Part shown: positions 9,051 to 17,671 of the stretch, one piece after another
How the letters are laid out: each line of letters opens with the position of its first letter
Position numbering within the stretch: the stretch's first letter is position 1
NCBI GenBank assembly: GCA_018400815.1
Contig: JAGYLS010000029.1
Span: forward strand, 1-19,952
Reading direction: 5' to 3'
Origin: Candidatus Oleincola secundus
GTDB lineage: Bacteria > Atribacterota > Phoenicimicrobiia > Phoenicimicrobiales > Stramentimicrobiaceae
DNA: 19,952 bases
The notes under the pieces: model-generated
The model's input: the letters and a program-made list of their open reading frames with translations, nothing else
Database searches by the model: none
What the model was told of the DNA's origin: nothing
Program-made: the position numbers and the translations under genes

Positions 9051-10890
9051 TTACCGTATTTTTCTTTCAAATAATTGCAGGAACTCTTTCATCACCAGTT
9101 TCTTCTTCAACTTGAGGTACATCATCATGTCCAGTTTTTTTTAAAAATCTTCATTAACTAGTTCTTCTTCATTCACCCAATTTCGACATCTTTATTTTCT
9201 AATTCAAAACTCTTTTTGTAAACAGGCTTTTTCTAATTTGTCATTATCCATTAAATCTTCATCAGATAAATCTTTAGCAAACTCATTTAGTTCTAGACAG
9301 TTTCCAACATCTTTTCCTTTTTACTTTCAGCTGTTCTTTTATCTTTTCAGCACAACTTACGGCTTTTTGTTCTTCCGCTTTCCAGAACTCAACTGCTCCC
9401 CCAATTGCCCACACAGATATAACACAACTTTCATCAGCAGCACTTTGTAAGCAGTTTCCCCCAGCATGATTGGCTTCTTTGGTTCTAACTGTTGGAGTTT
9501 CATATCTGGCCATTAAGTGACCACCCGGAACCTTTTCTTCCTCACTTTAATAACTTCAGCTGTTTCTTCGGCTGCCCTTCTACAAACACAGACCGGTTTT
9601 TCGACTTACATCTTCTTTTATTAATTTCTAATTTATTTCTTTAATGTCACTGAATCAATCCACATAACCACATTTCTTATTCCATTTTTGTATGGAGACT
9701 CTTCGGCTTTTCTTCAACTTGGGTTCCTCAGCAAACCTCTTCAGCTTCTTTCAACTTGGGTTCCTCAACATTTCTTCACGCTTTTTGTTTCAAACTTTGG
9801 GTTCTCCAGCTGGCCTCTTCCGCTTTCTTGAAACTTTGATTCCTCAACAACTTCTCTTCCAGCTTTTCTTCAACTTTGGTTCCCTCAACAGACACCTCTT
9901 TCAAACTTAGTTCCTCTTCAACTCTTCCAGAAACTTCTTTCGACTTAGATATCCACTCTTTTAGATTTGTCTCAGAAGATTCACCATTTGCACATCAGGC
10001 TGGCCTATCTTCATTTCAGTCAACTCTGCTTCAAAACAACCCATTTGCTAAGCTGATTTTTAAGACAGTTAAGAGCATCATTTACACAATACCAGTTTGC
10101 CGTCTTTGCTCGGACTAATCCTTTGGCCCTCATATAAATTTTCAATCACTAATGCTTTTGTTTATTAACAAAGCGCTATTTGTCTTCTTATCATCTCTCT
10201 GATTACCTCTTTTATTTATGGCTTTCATCTAGCCCAGCACTGATCCAGAAATAACCACTTTTTCTGGCATGTACCCTACAACAGCGTCTTTGCTTGCTGA
10301 GACTCAGAGCCATTTAAAATTCCCTGTTGCCCAAGCATTATTAATAGCTATCACCTATAATAACTGCACAGGCATTAGTTCTGCTGGTTTTATCAGGAAA
10401 TAAATAATCCTCCTTTATCAAGTCCAGCATTAGTTTTTCTATGTATCATTAACAATTTTCAATATCTTCTTTTTTCAGCACTTTTAGTTAAAAAGAAAGG
10501 AAGCTTGTGGTTACTTCATCTTGTGTGCAGCCTCTTCCAATGTGAAATAACTTTAAAAAGAAAAAAACAATCTCTCAAATTTTCATGAAATCATCTTTCT
10601 GACCTAACCCCGAGCATCGAGAGGATGATTTATAAATTTACATTTTGATTTAACTTGTTAATTTTGATTAACCTGTATACTCCAATTCTCTTGATTTGGA
10701 ACATCTTTTTATCTTTTCATAAAATAACACCATTCTTATTAGGTGTTTTCCATCGACCTTTGCATATACAACATGTATAGCTAGACTTGAATTAGGATAT
10801 ACAATGTTTAATTTCTTTATTGTTTCCTTAATTGGAGTTTGATTCTACAACATTGCCGAATAAGTTATTTTTCTTGCACCAATAAACTCC
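9051..10890 (-). CDS. Prohead protease-scaffold fusion, broken by many indels; start approximate
   Basis: Readable fragments across frames: VVYAKVD, PNKNGVIL, GGL..F.....PA, E/K-rich repeats, and a C-terminal FAKDLSDEDLMDNDKLEKA...GHDDVPQVEEETGDERVPAII ending at TAA 9051-9053; lies between portal and capsid. Confidence 0.5.
9699..9930 (-). repeat. Degenerate ~39-bp tandem repeat, 5-6 copies, consensus near EEPKVEEKAEEVV
   Basis: Recurrent plus-strand unit resembling ctcttc-gcttttcttcaactttggttcctcaacaac, with indels between copies. Confidence 0.75.
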
Positions 10891-10899
10891 TCTTATTTC

Positions 10900-12506
10900 T
10901 TGGAAGAAGAAATAAACTTCTTGGATTTCTTCCCAAGCAAATTCCATAGATGTTTTCTGTTTCTAAGGCATCAAAATTTTTTCTGTACATTCTGTAAAAC
11001 AAGCATTAAAGTTTTGCTTAAAAATTCGTTGTTCTTCTTTTATTAATTCTTCCCGAATCTCATTTGGGATACTACGAATAGTTTTCATTGGTTCAGTTAT
11101 TGTTGGTTCAGTAATTTACATTCTTATAATTATGTTTCTAGTGTATTTTTCTTTTTTATCATCAGAACATCTCATGAGGAGGTGTTAAATCAACTTGGGG
11201 ATTTTTGTTCTGTTTTGAACATCCCCTGGGATACAAGAGTTTTATCTATGAGGATTTTTCCTTGACCTGGCACACATCGTTTCTTTAATCTGTTTCCGTC
11301 AGATAGTGGTGTTTTTCTCCCAAAAGAGAGCGCTCTTTTTTATCCAACAATATGGTCATTACCAGAACAGACTAAATGTTCTCATCTCATCTGTTAAGAA
11401 CATACACTAATAACAAGATTGAACCCCTCAACCTTATCGTTAACAGTGTGTTTTTACTATTTTTTTCTTTTGATTGTCTTCTTCTTTGTAAATCCAACAT
11501 GTCATAACACCATCTTCACTTCTTCAACTAAAACTTTTCAGTTTGTTGTTGCTCTTCTGCTAGCCAGAAGATAATCCCTTTAAATTCAATCATTCTAAGC
11601 ATATATTATATTTTTATCTTGGCACCAAGGTTTTAAAATCTTTAAATATAAAAGCTTTCCATAATCAGGGGATAAAGTTCTTCTAAAATTAACATCTCCA
11701 GCAAAAGCTCCAATTAATCCTTTAGAAAAGGCTTGGGTATCAAAATCAGAACGTGTGTCCTGAAATTTTTCTTTAATTCTATCTAAATCTTCTTGAGTTG
11801 GGCCCATTCCTTTACGAATAGCCTCTTGAGTACCAACCTTAATAAGTAATTGATAAGGAAAAGCAGTTTGTATAATTTCTGCTTGTCTTTCTAAAACCTT
11901 TGTCTTAAATAAAGCATGATATAATGCACCTTTTCTTACAAGATAAGGTGTTGGGTATTGGTCATAATAATGATTATAAGGTTTTCTAATAATATAAGAT
12001 GTAGTTTCAGTATTTTTTAATCGTTCATTGTTATTAGGATAACCTAAATAATATTCGTTTGTGTTTAATAGTCCTTTGTTATTTTTAACATGAATACTTG
12101 CACCATCCATTAAATACATTCTACTAGGAAGCCAAAACCCATCTTTTTTAGCCCAACGAATATTAACAACAATAAAAGAGCTTTTCCATCTTTCTCTAAA
12201 ATACTGCTCAGTAAATCCCCTTAATCCTCTAGGAATATCTATATTTATATCAGAATTAACATTGTTTTTCCATTCCTCAAATAATTTATTAAGATTATTG
12301 TTTGAAGCATTAAAATTAATATCTACAGAGGCAGCATGAACCATGAATTCAATAATAGTAGACAATAAAGCAGATTTGTCATTCTGTAAAATAGTATCAA
12401 TTTGTTTCATTTGACCATGAAAAGTTCTGCTAATATTAATCTTACCTGTTGGTGTTAGCATTAAGTCAAATAATTGATTGTAATATTCTTGTTGAATAGA
12501 AGACAT
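10900..12506 (-). CDS. Portal protein; 5' ~270 codons intact, 3' part frameshifted, end approximate
   Basis: Directly after terminase; likely start MSSIQ at 12506 (AAGGA RBS). Coding sense continues past the TAG at 11595 in changing frames (MIEFKG, KVLVEEV, FLTDEMRT, IDKLLYPR). Confidence 0.7.
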
Positions 12507-12520
12507 AATTAATTCCTTTG

Positions 12521-14134
12521 TTATGAGCAATAAGCTCTTTTAGATTGTTTTTGACCTTTTATTATTTCAAATTCTTTTAAAAATCTACAGATGGCAAAAA
12601 TTTCAAACGCTGAGTGTAAATGGTCTGCACTGCTTTTATTTTCATAAATGGTTTTCATTCCCTTTGTTTGTTTTGCTATTGTGCTTGTAAATTGATTTAA
12701 GAATTTTTCATCAAATGGAATTTCCATTTGACCACCATACATTAATCTTTCTAGTTCCTGAAAAGCAAAATGTCTAGAATTTTCTAATTGCATTAAAGGA
12801 ACACCAAACTTGTCAAAAATTATTTCGTTATTATCATCTCTTTGAAAACCAACTTCAATGTTTTCATTAAGTTTTACTTTTAATAAATAGCTTTTAGGAA
12901 CACCTAATTTTTCAACATAATTTAATGTTTCGCCATCATCGCTTGTAGCATCAATTGCTATAAAGGCTCCACCTAATTGCTCATATAACCAATGAAAAAT
13001 TTCAGCTTGTTCCTCTCTAACTAAACGATATAATGTGATATTATAACTATAAATATATTTTTTTCCATCAAAGAACAAAATAATAATTTCTGTTGGTGCA
13101 GCATTAAATCCCATATCTGCTACAATAAATGTTTGTTCAGAACCAGCTAATTTATCAACATGAATACGGTTACGAAAATCAGAAAAATTATCTTTTCCTA
13201 TTTCAAAGCATTTAATTCTTTTGTTTTTCTTAAAAGAAGATTCTTTTAATCTAGCCATATCCCAAAAACCATAAGCACCCTCTAGAGTAACTGCTTCTAC
13301 ATTAAGCTTAAAACTTGCGCTGTGTTCTCCGCCATGCTCTTCTGCTAATTTTTCATGAACTTCTTTTGAATAGTCGTTACGAACAAACTGTGGTAATCTC
13401 CAAATCCAGTTTTTGTTTTTACTATCCTTTAAAACTTTGCCCATTGGAGAACCGATGCATAAGTCTGGAATACCTGATAACCGTTCAATGTAACCTAAAG
13501 AATTACCTGAATCAACACGTTTCTTAGCACCTTCATCGCTGGCATAACTAAACTCTTCATAATTTAAATAATCAAAATGTAAACCATGAAAAGCAGTTCC
13601 TGGACTATCGCTTTCAACCTTTTCATTTATTCCTTTAACAATAGAGCCATGTTGAGTAACAATCTCAAAAGGACTTCTTTTAACTGTTTGACTTCTGGAT
13701 GTTTCTTTTGTTAAATGAAAAATTTGAAGAAACTTATGACTTTCAACAAATAAAGATATAGTATTTGTGACTTTCTTTAAATGTTGGTCATCGAAAGATG
13801 CAACACAAGCCTCTTTAACTTTATGGATGATAGTTAAAACAGTATCAATCCATAAAAATAACGATTTTCCTAAATTTCTTGCGCCAATACTATATAAATT
13901 TCCAGATAATTTTTTTAAATTTAAATTTTCTAAATTAGAAAGAACAGGGTCATCTGCAATCACATATGAATAATTTTGCATTGCAAATTGATAAGGTCTT
14001 AATGTTAAACAATCACAATTGGGCCACGTTTGTGGTGAGTTAATATTTTCAGGAATTAAGCATTCTGTCATGGCTGTTGGGTCATGATAAAATTCCATCA
14101 ATTCTAGCTCAGTTTCTTTTATTTGTTCTTGCAT
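12521..14134 (-). CDS. terL: Terminase large subunit, 537 aa
   Basis: LRPYQ adenine motif, Walker A GARNLGKS, Walker B-like FDYLNYEE, RNase H-type nuclease acids IVADMG, IAIDAT and ADHLHSAF. Confidence 0.88.
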   Translation of the reverse strand: MQEQIKETELELMEFYHDPTAMTECLIPENINSPQTWPNCDCLTLRPYQFAMQNYSYVIADDPVLSNLENLNLKKLSGNLYSIGARNLGKSLFLWIDTVLTIIHKVKEACVASFDDQHLKKVTNTISLFVESHKFLQIFHLTKETSRSQTVKRSPFEIVTQHGSIVKGINEKVESDSPGTAFHGLHFDYLNYEEFSYASDEGAKKRVDSGNSLGYIERLSGIPDLCIGSPMGKVLKDSKNKNWIWRLPQFVRNDYSKEVHEKLAEEHGGEHSASFKLNVEAVTLEGAYGFWDMARLKESSFKKNKRIKCFEIGKDNFSDFRNRIHVDKLAGSEQTFIVADMGFNAAPTEIIILFFDGKKYIYSYNITLYRLVREEQAEIFHWLYEQLGGAFIAIDATSDDGETLNYVEKLGVPKSYLLKVKLNENIEVGFQRDDNNEIIFDKFGVPLMQLENSRHFAFQELERLMYGGQMEIPFDEKFLNQFTSTIAKQTKGMKTIYENKSSADHLHSAFEIFAICRFLKEFEIIKGQKQSKRAYCS

Positions 14135-14140
14135 AATAAG

Positions 14141-14854
14141 TTACATTGTATAGGGCGCAGTTGGTGGTGTAAAATTACTTGTCCACCTTGCAATTCCATT
14201 AGAAAATCGAAATTCATCGATATAGCCATTAAACCTAGAAAGAGTATCATTCTCATCTAAAGTGCCAATTTGAAATGGAACATCTGTAAAATTACCAATG
14301 GAAGGAGTTAATGCACCACCGCCATGGCTAATTCCATCAGCATAAAATGTAAGATTATTTCCATCATAAACAGCAGCAACGTGTGTCCAAGTAGAAGTGC
14401 TTAATGACCAGGTATCAGTAGATGCCACACTTCCAGTGCTACCACCTGTACCACAAAAAAACATAAATTTGCCATTTGATTCTCTAATAAAAGTGTATGC
14501 TCTTTTACCACCAGAATTCCATTTAGCACATATACCAAGTCTAGACGCAATAGAAGGGCAATATATCCAGCAATCAATAGTAAATAAGGGTTTAGAAGAT
14601 AAATCAAAAACACTATTGTGTGCAATATTAACAGCATCAACTCCACCAGACGGAATATAAACAGAAGAACTGCCAAATTTATATTCACTAGTAGAAATTT
14701 TAGCGTTGCCCTTAACTGAACCGCTATGATTATATTGAGAAGAATCTGTTATAGTAGTAGATTCATTATCACCATCGAAATGAAGTAATAATCCAGTATA
14801 TTCATCAAAAGCAGGTGTTTTTTTAAATAAAGGCATTCCTGAACGTATTGTCAT
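14141..14854 (-). CDS. LamG / concanavalin A-like lectin domain protein, probably virion-associated, 237 aa
   Basis: LLLHFDG...TDSS, FTIDCWIY, WTHVAAVYDG...FYADG, FNGYIDEFRFS...FTPPTAPY. Confidence 0.88.
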   Translation of the reverse strand: MTIRSGMPLFKKTPAFDEYTGLLLHFDGDNESTTITDSSQYNHSGSVKGNAKISTSEYKFGSSSVYIPSGGVDAVNIAHNSVFDLSSKPLFTIDCWIYCPSIASRLGICAKWNSGGKRAYTFIRESNGKFMFFCGTGGSTGSVASTDTWSLSTSTWTHVAAVYDGNNLTFYADGISHGGGALTPSIGNFTDVPFQIGTLDENDTLSRFNGYIDEFRFSNGIARWTSNFTPPTAPYTM

Positions 14855-15969
14855 TAATTTTCCTCAATAACTTTTATTACAGTATCATGGGTCACAAAAG
14901 ATTCACGTATAAATTCAGTTCTTTCCCAAATGTCTGCTTGATATTTTCTTAAATATTTTCTATCTTTTAATAAATTAATGTTTTCTTTGTATCCAAAAAT
15001 CTCAGGGTCTGATTGACCCCATAGCACAATTCCTTTTTTACCTACATTAACAGCTAAGTGGTGAAAAAAATTATCAACCGAAACCCAAGAATAACAATCC
15101 TCAATTAATTTCTCTAATTCTTTCAATGGTAAACTTATCTTAACACTGTCAACATCAAATAATTCTTCTCCTGGAACACCAACTTGAGTTACATAATATT
15201 TTTTCTTTCTTAATTCAGCAATAAGTTCTTTCCAAAAAGGATAATCTTTAGGGTTTGGTTTTTTTCCATTTCTTAAAGGCCTAGAAAAAGGACTAATAAT
15301 AACCTTTTTTAAAAAAGGGCAAACACTTAATAGTTTATCTAAATCTACTAAAGGACTTGATGCTTCATAGTCATTAAATTTAAACTCAGTTTGTTCTTTA
15401 TTTAATTTAACTCTTTTCCTCGGAATACCATATGCATCAGCAACTATTAATCCATGTAAAGAACTAGCCTCAATTGTTTCACAACTACAAATTAAATCAA
15501 TATATTGAAACATTGATGTATGAGGATATATGATAACCTCATCTTTATTTGCTTTAACAAAATCAACATCAGCCCAATGAGGAATAATACCTTTTTTATA
15601 TTTCTTTTCAACTTTTGGCTGATAATATTTTGGTAACAATAATGCAGGGTCACCATAAATTTCGGGGCAATCTATTCCTTGCTTTAATAACGCATTTCTT
15701 GTCAAAGGCCCTCGAACCGCTAGAATTTTTTTGGGTGGAGTAATGGTTTCTTCATCCATAAAACCAGTGCCCCAAACAACTGTGTTACTGTCAGCAAATT
15801 GTAACACACTACCAACCGCCATATAGTTTGTAAAATCAAATGCTTTAAAAGCATGAACCAAAGTGGGTTCTTTTCCTGAGATTAAAGAAATTAAATGAAG
15901 ATTTAAAAAATCGCCCCAATTAATTCTTGGAATCCACGCCTTTAATGTTATAGAGTTTTCTGTATGCAT
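14854..15969 (-). CDS. Polysaccharide pyruvyltransferase-like domain fused to the C-terminal lobe of a GT9 glycosyltransferase, 371 aa
   Basis: NWGD, VGSVL, VWGTG, AVRGPLTR, GDPALLLP, SSLHGLIVADAYGIP; then IISPF...PKDYPFWKEL...VSVDNFFHHLA...GIVLWGQSDPEIFGY. Confidence 0.85.
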   Translation of the reverse strand: MHTENSITLKAWIPRINWGDFLNLHLISLISGKEPTLVHAFKAFDFTNYMAVGSVLQFADSNTVVWGTGFMDEETITPPKKILAVRGPLTRNALLKQGIDCPEIYGDPALLLPKYYQPKVEKKYKKGIIPHWADVDFVKANKDEVIIYPHTSMFQYIDLICSCETIEASSLHGLIVADAYGIPRKRVKLNKEQTEFKFNDYEASSPLVDLDKLLSVCPFLKKVIISPFSRPLRNGKKPNPKDYPFWKELIAELRKKKYYVTQVGVPGEELFDVDSVKISLPLKELEKLIEDCYSWVSVDNFFHHLAVNVGKKGIVLWGQSDPEIFGYKENINLLKDRKYLRKYQADIWERTEFIRESFVTHDTVIKVIEEN

Positions 15970-16981
15970 CTCGTAGTGTTATTTTTTTATTAGCATTATC
16001 CCAAAGGAATTTATAAACATTAAACTGGTCTAATTTACCAAAATACGTTTGGGCTTGTCCTATACTTATCAATTTAATATCTTTTTCATCTATAAAAACT
16101 TCAGGATAACATACAGCAACAACTATTTTAAAATCTTTATATTGGGCTTTTAAATCAGGTAATAATGTTTTAAAAGCTAAATGGTCACCAAGTCCGTTTT
16201 CTAAAACAATAAATTTATGTTTACTCGGTATTACTCCCCACTCTTTCATTTTACGATTAAAAACTTGTTTGTCTTTTTCCCATAACTGAGAATCATTAAA
16301 ACTTCTAATTCCACCAGAATTTTCTCTTAAATGCCAAGTAACAGCTTCAGGATTAACTAATAATTTCCAACCATTTCTGTGCATTTCATAAGTAAAAATA
16401 GTTTCTTCAGAATGTCCTACTGGTGATAATTCTTTACAATAACCATGTTTACTTGCTTCTTTGCGATAAATAAAAGTAGAATATAAGTGGTCAACTTCTT
16501 TAACGCCTTTAAATCTCCACCACTGAATATTTAAACCTAAATGAACATCTTCTATTTTTGAAGACGCTAACTCAGCATTATTTTTATTATGGGTTGGATG
16601 TAAAACTAAACCGCCTACAGCTCCAACATCTGGTGTAACAACTTCTAACATTTTTTCTAAAGCATTATTCTCAACAACATTATCATCATCCACACGCCAT
16701 AACCATTCTGTTTCACACATCTCAATAGCCTTTTGATGATTTAAAACTTGACCTTTTCTTTCTCCAAAAATAACCTGCCATTTAATTCCTAAATTTTCAA
16801 ACATAGCAAATATATTTTGATAAATAGGATATTGTCTTAAATCTAATTGGTCACCATCATCAAAAATATATACAAAATTAGGCTTTACTGTTTGTGTTGC
16901 TAATGAAATCAAACACGATGGTAAAGTAGTAAAATACCTATTTTTTGTGCTTGTATATGCTGTAACTGTATTGTTTTTCAT
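15920..16981 (-). CDS. GT2-like (GT-A) glycosyltransferase fused to a GT9 N-terminal-lobe segment, 353 aa
   Basis: SLATQT.KP...IFDDG, DxD motif WLWRVDDD, VGAVGG, EET, AVTWHL; C-terminal GLGDHLAFKTLLPDLKAQYKDFKIVV. Confidence 0.85.
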   Translation of the reverse strand: MKNNTVTAYTSTKNRYFTTLPSCLISLATQTVKPNFVYIFDDGDQLDLRQYPIYQNIFAMFENLGIKWQVIFGERKGQVLNHQKAIEMCETEWLWRVDDDNVVENNALEKMLEVVTPDVGAVGGLVLHPTHNKNNAELASSKIEDVHLGLNIQWWRFKGVKEVDHLYSTFIYRKEASKHGYCKELSPVGHSEETIFTYEMHRNGWKLLVNPEAVTWHLRENSGGIRSFNDSQLWEKDKQVFNRKMKEWGVIPSKHKFIVLENGLGDHLAFKTLLPDLKAQYKDFKIVVAVCYPEVFIDEKDIKLISIGQAQTYFGKLDQFNVYKFLWDNANKKITLRDAYRKLYNIKGVDSKN

Positions 16982-16988
16982 ATTTATC

Positions 16989-17028
16989 CCTTATTATAAG
17001 TATAGCATATAATAAGGTGTTTTGTCAA
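16989..17028 (-). promoter_or_regulatory. Sigma70-type promoter with an overlapping inverted repeat
   Basis: TTGACA (17028-17023), 18-nt spacer ending in TGc, TATACT (17004-16999); 10-bp inverted repeat CCTTATTATA-N9-TATAATAAGG (16989-17017). Confidence 0.75.
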
Positions 17029-17037
17029 GTATAGGTG

Positions 17038-17370
17038 TTATTTTTCTGTTGTGCTTAATAATTTTGATTCTAATTCGGCTATTCTTTCTTCTAATGTTTT
17101 TACTTTTGGTAAAGATTTGGCCTCTGTCTGTCTTATGTTCTCAGAAACATAATCGAAATCCTCAACTGTTGCTCCCTCTGATACATCCTGAAGATATTTT
17201 ATATAATCAACATTACCATCAACACAAGGGATGAGGGCTTTGTCGGAGTCTCTCATTACATATTCAATATCCACATATACATCGCCCTCTTCTGTCTTGA
17301 CTTTCCGCTTGGCTTTAGAGTAGTTGCCTTGTTCGTCTTTCATTATTCCTTGGTTCATTAGTTTATACAT
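17038..17370 (-). CDS. Tail-fibre-associated small protein, 110 aa
   Basis: Likely start MYKL at 17370 (AAGGAG RBS); motif RDSDKALIP...NVDYIKYL and C-terminal LEERIAELE, as in small genes that follow phage fibre genes. Confidence 0.6.
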   Translation of the reverse strand: MYKLMNQGIMKDEQGNYSKAKRKVKTEEGDVYVDIEYVMRDSDKALIPCVDGNVDYIKYLQDVSEGATVEDFDYVSENIRQTEAKSLPKVKTLEERIAELESKLLSTTEK

Positions 17371-17380
17371 TTGTTCTCCT

Positions 17381-17590
17381 TTATGCTGATTCGTAAAATA
17401 AGTGACCATATACTTGTTTATTTCCAGAATTAGTCCACGCCCCACTTGCCATATTTTTGTAACAAGTGACCGTAGCTGATGCCGAACTTATAGTAGCCCT
17501 TCCTGGAGAGGTCAATGTTGTGCCAGCATCTATTCCCAACCCCCAACTTGCTTGTAATTGAGTAGCAGTAGTATACGGAAGTGTAAATTT
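17381..17590 (-). CDS. 3' fragment (69 aa) of a phage fibre-like protein, truncated at the junction; not in the ORF track
   Basis: Open frame KFTLPYTTATQLQASWGLGIDAGTTLTSPGRATISSASATVTCYKNMASGAWTNSGNKQVYGHLFYESA*, resembling fibre C-terminal beta domains (FTLP...G.FYE); no start codon upstream in frame. Confidence 0.6.
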   Translation of the reverse strand, partial: KFTLPYTTATQLQASWGLGIDAGTTLTSPGRATISSASATVTCYKNMASGAWTNSGNKQVYGHLFYESA

Positions 17591-17638
17591 TTGGGTGTTA
17601 TTCGCTTGAGTTATATATTTGATGAATTTAATAAGTAA
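17585..17638 (+). CDS. 3' remnant of a probable ABC ATPase with CBS domain from the osmoprotectant operon
   Basis: Reads KFLGVIRLSYIFDEFNK*, like a CBS-domain end (hhGhh..Dh), 33 nt before the permease ATG; only 17 residues of evidence. Confidence 0.45.
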   Translation, partial: KFLGVIRLSYIFDEFNK

Positions 17639-17671
17639 GATTGAAGGAATAAAACAAGATAGGAATATACA

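Noticed and set aside
9699..9930. CRISPR array
   Set aside because: Units are directly adjacent with no unique spacers and translate to an E/K-rich peptide.
8960..11700. Alternative genetic code or a large non-coding RNA/intron explaining the ORF-poor region
   Set aside because: Coding sense switches between frames, which stop-codon reassignment cannot fix; flanking genes read normally in code 11; recognisable portal and protease fragments fill the region.
2340..17234. Short plus-strand and nested ORFs in the track (e.g. 2340-2564, 4777-5133, 8695-8907, 13315-13527, 14397-14660, 17022-17234)
   Set aside because: They are antisense or out-of-frame shadows of well-supported minus-strand genes, with no motifs or RBS.
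17371..17445. ORF-track GTG start at 17445 for the 135-aa ORF
   Set aside because: This segment is better explained as the 3' end of the upstream fibre gene in another frame; ATG 17370 has a strong RBS.
14141..17590. Diversity-generating retroelement target or template near the lectin and fibre genes
   Set aside because: No reverse transcriptase and no repeat pair differing at adenines was found in the window.
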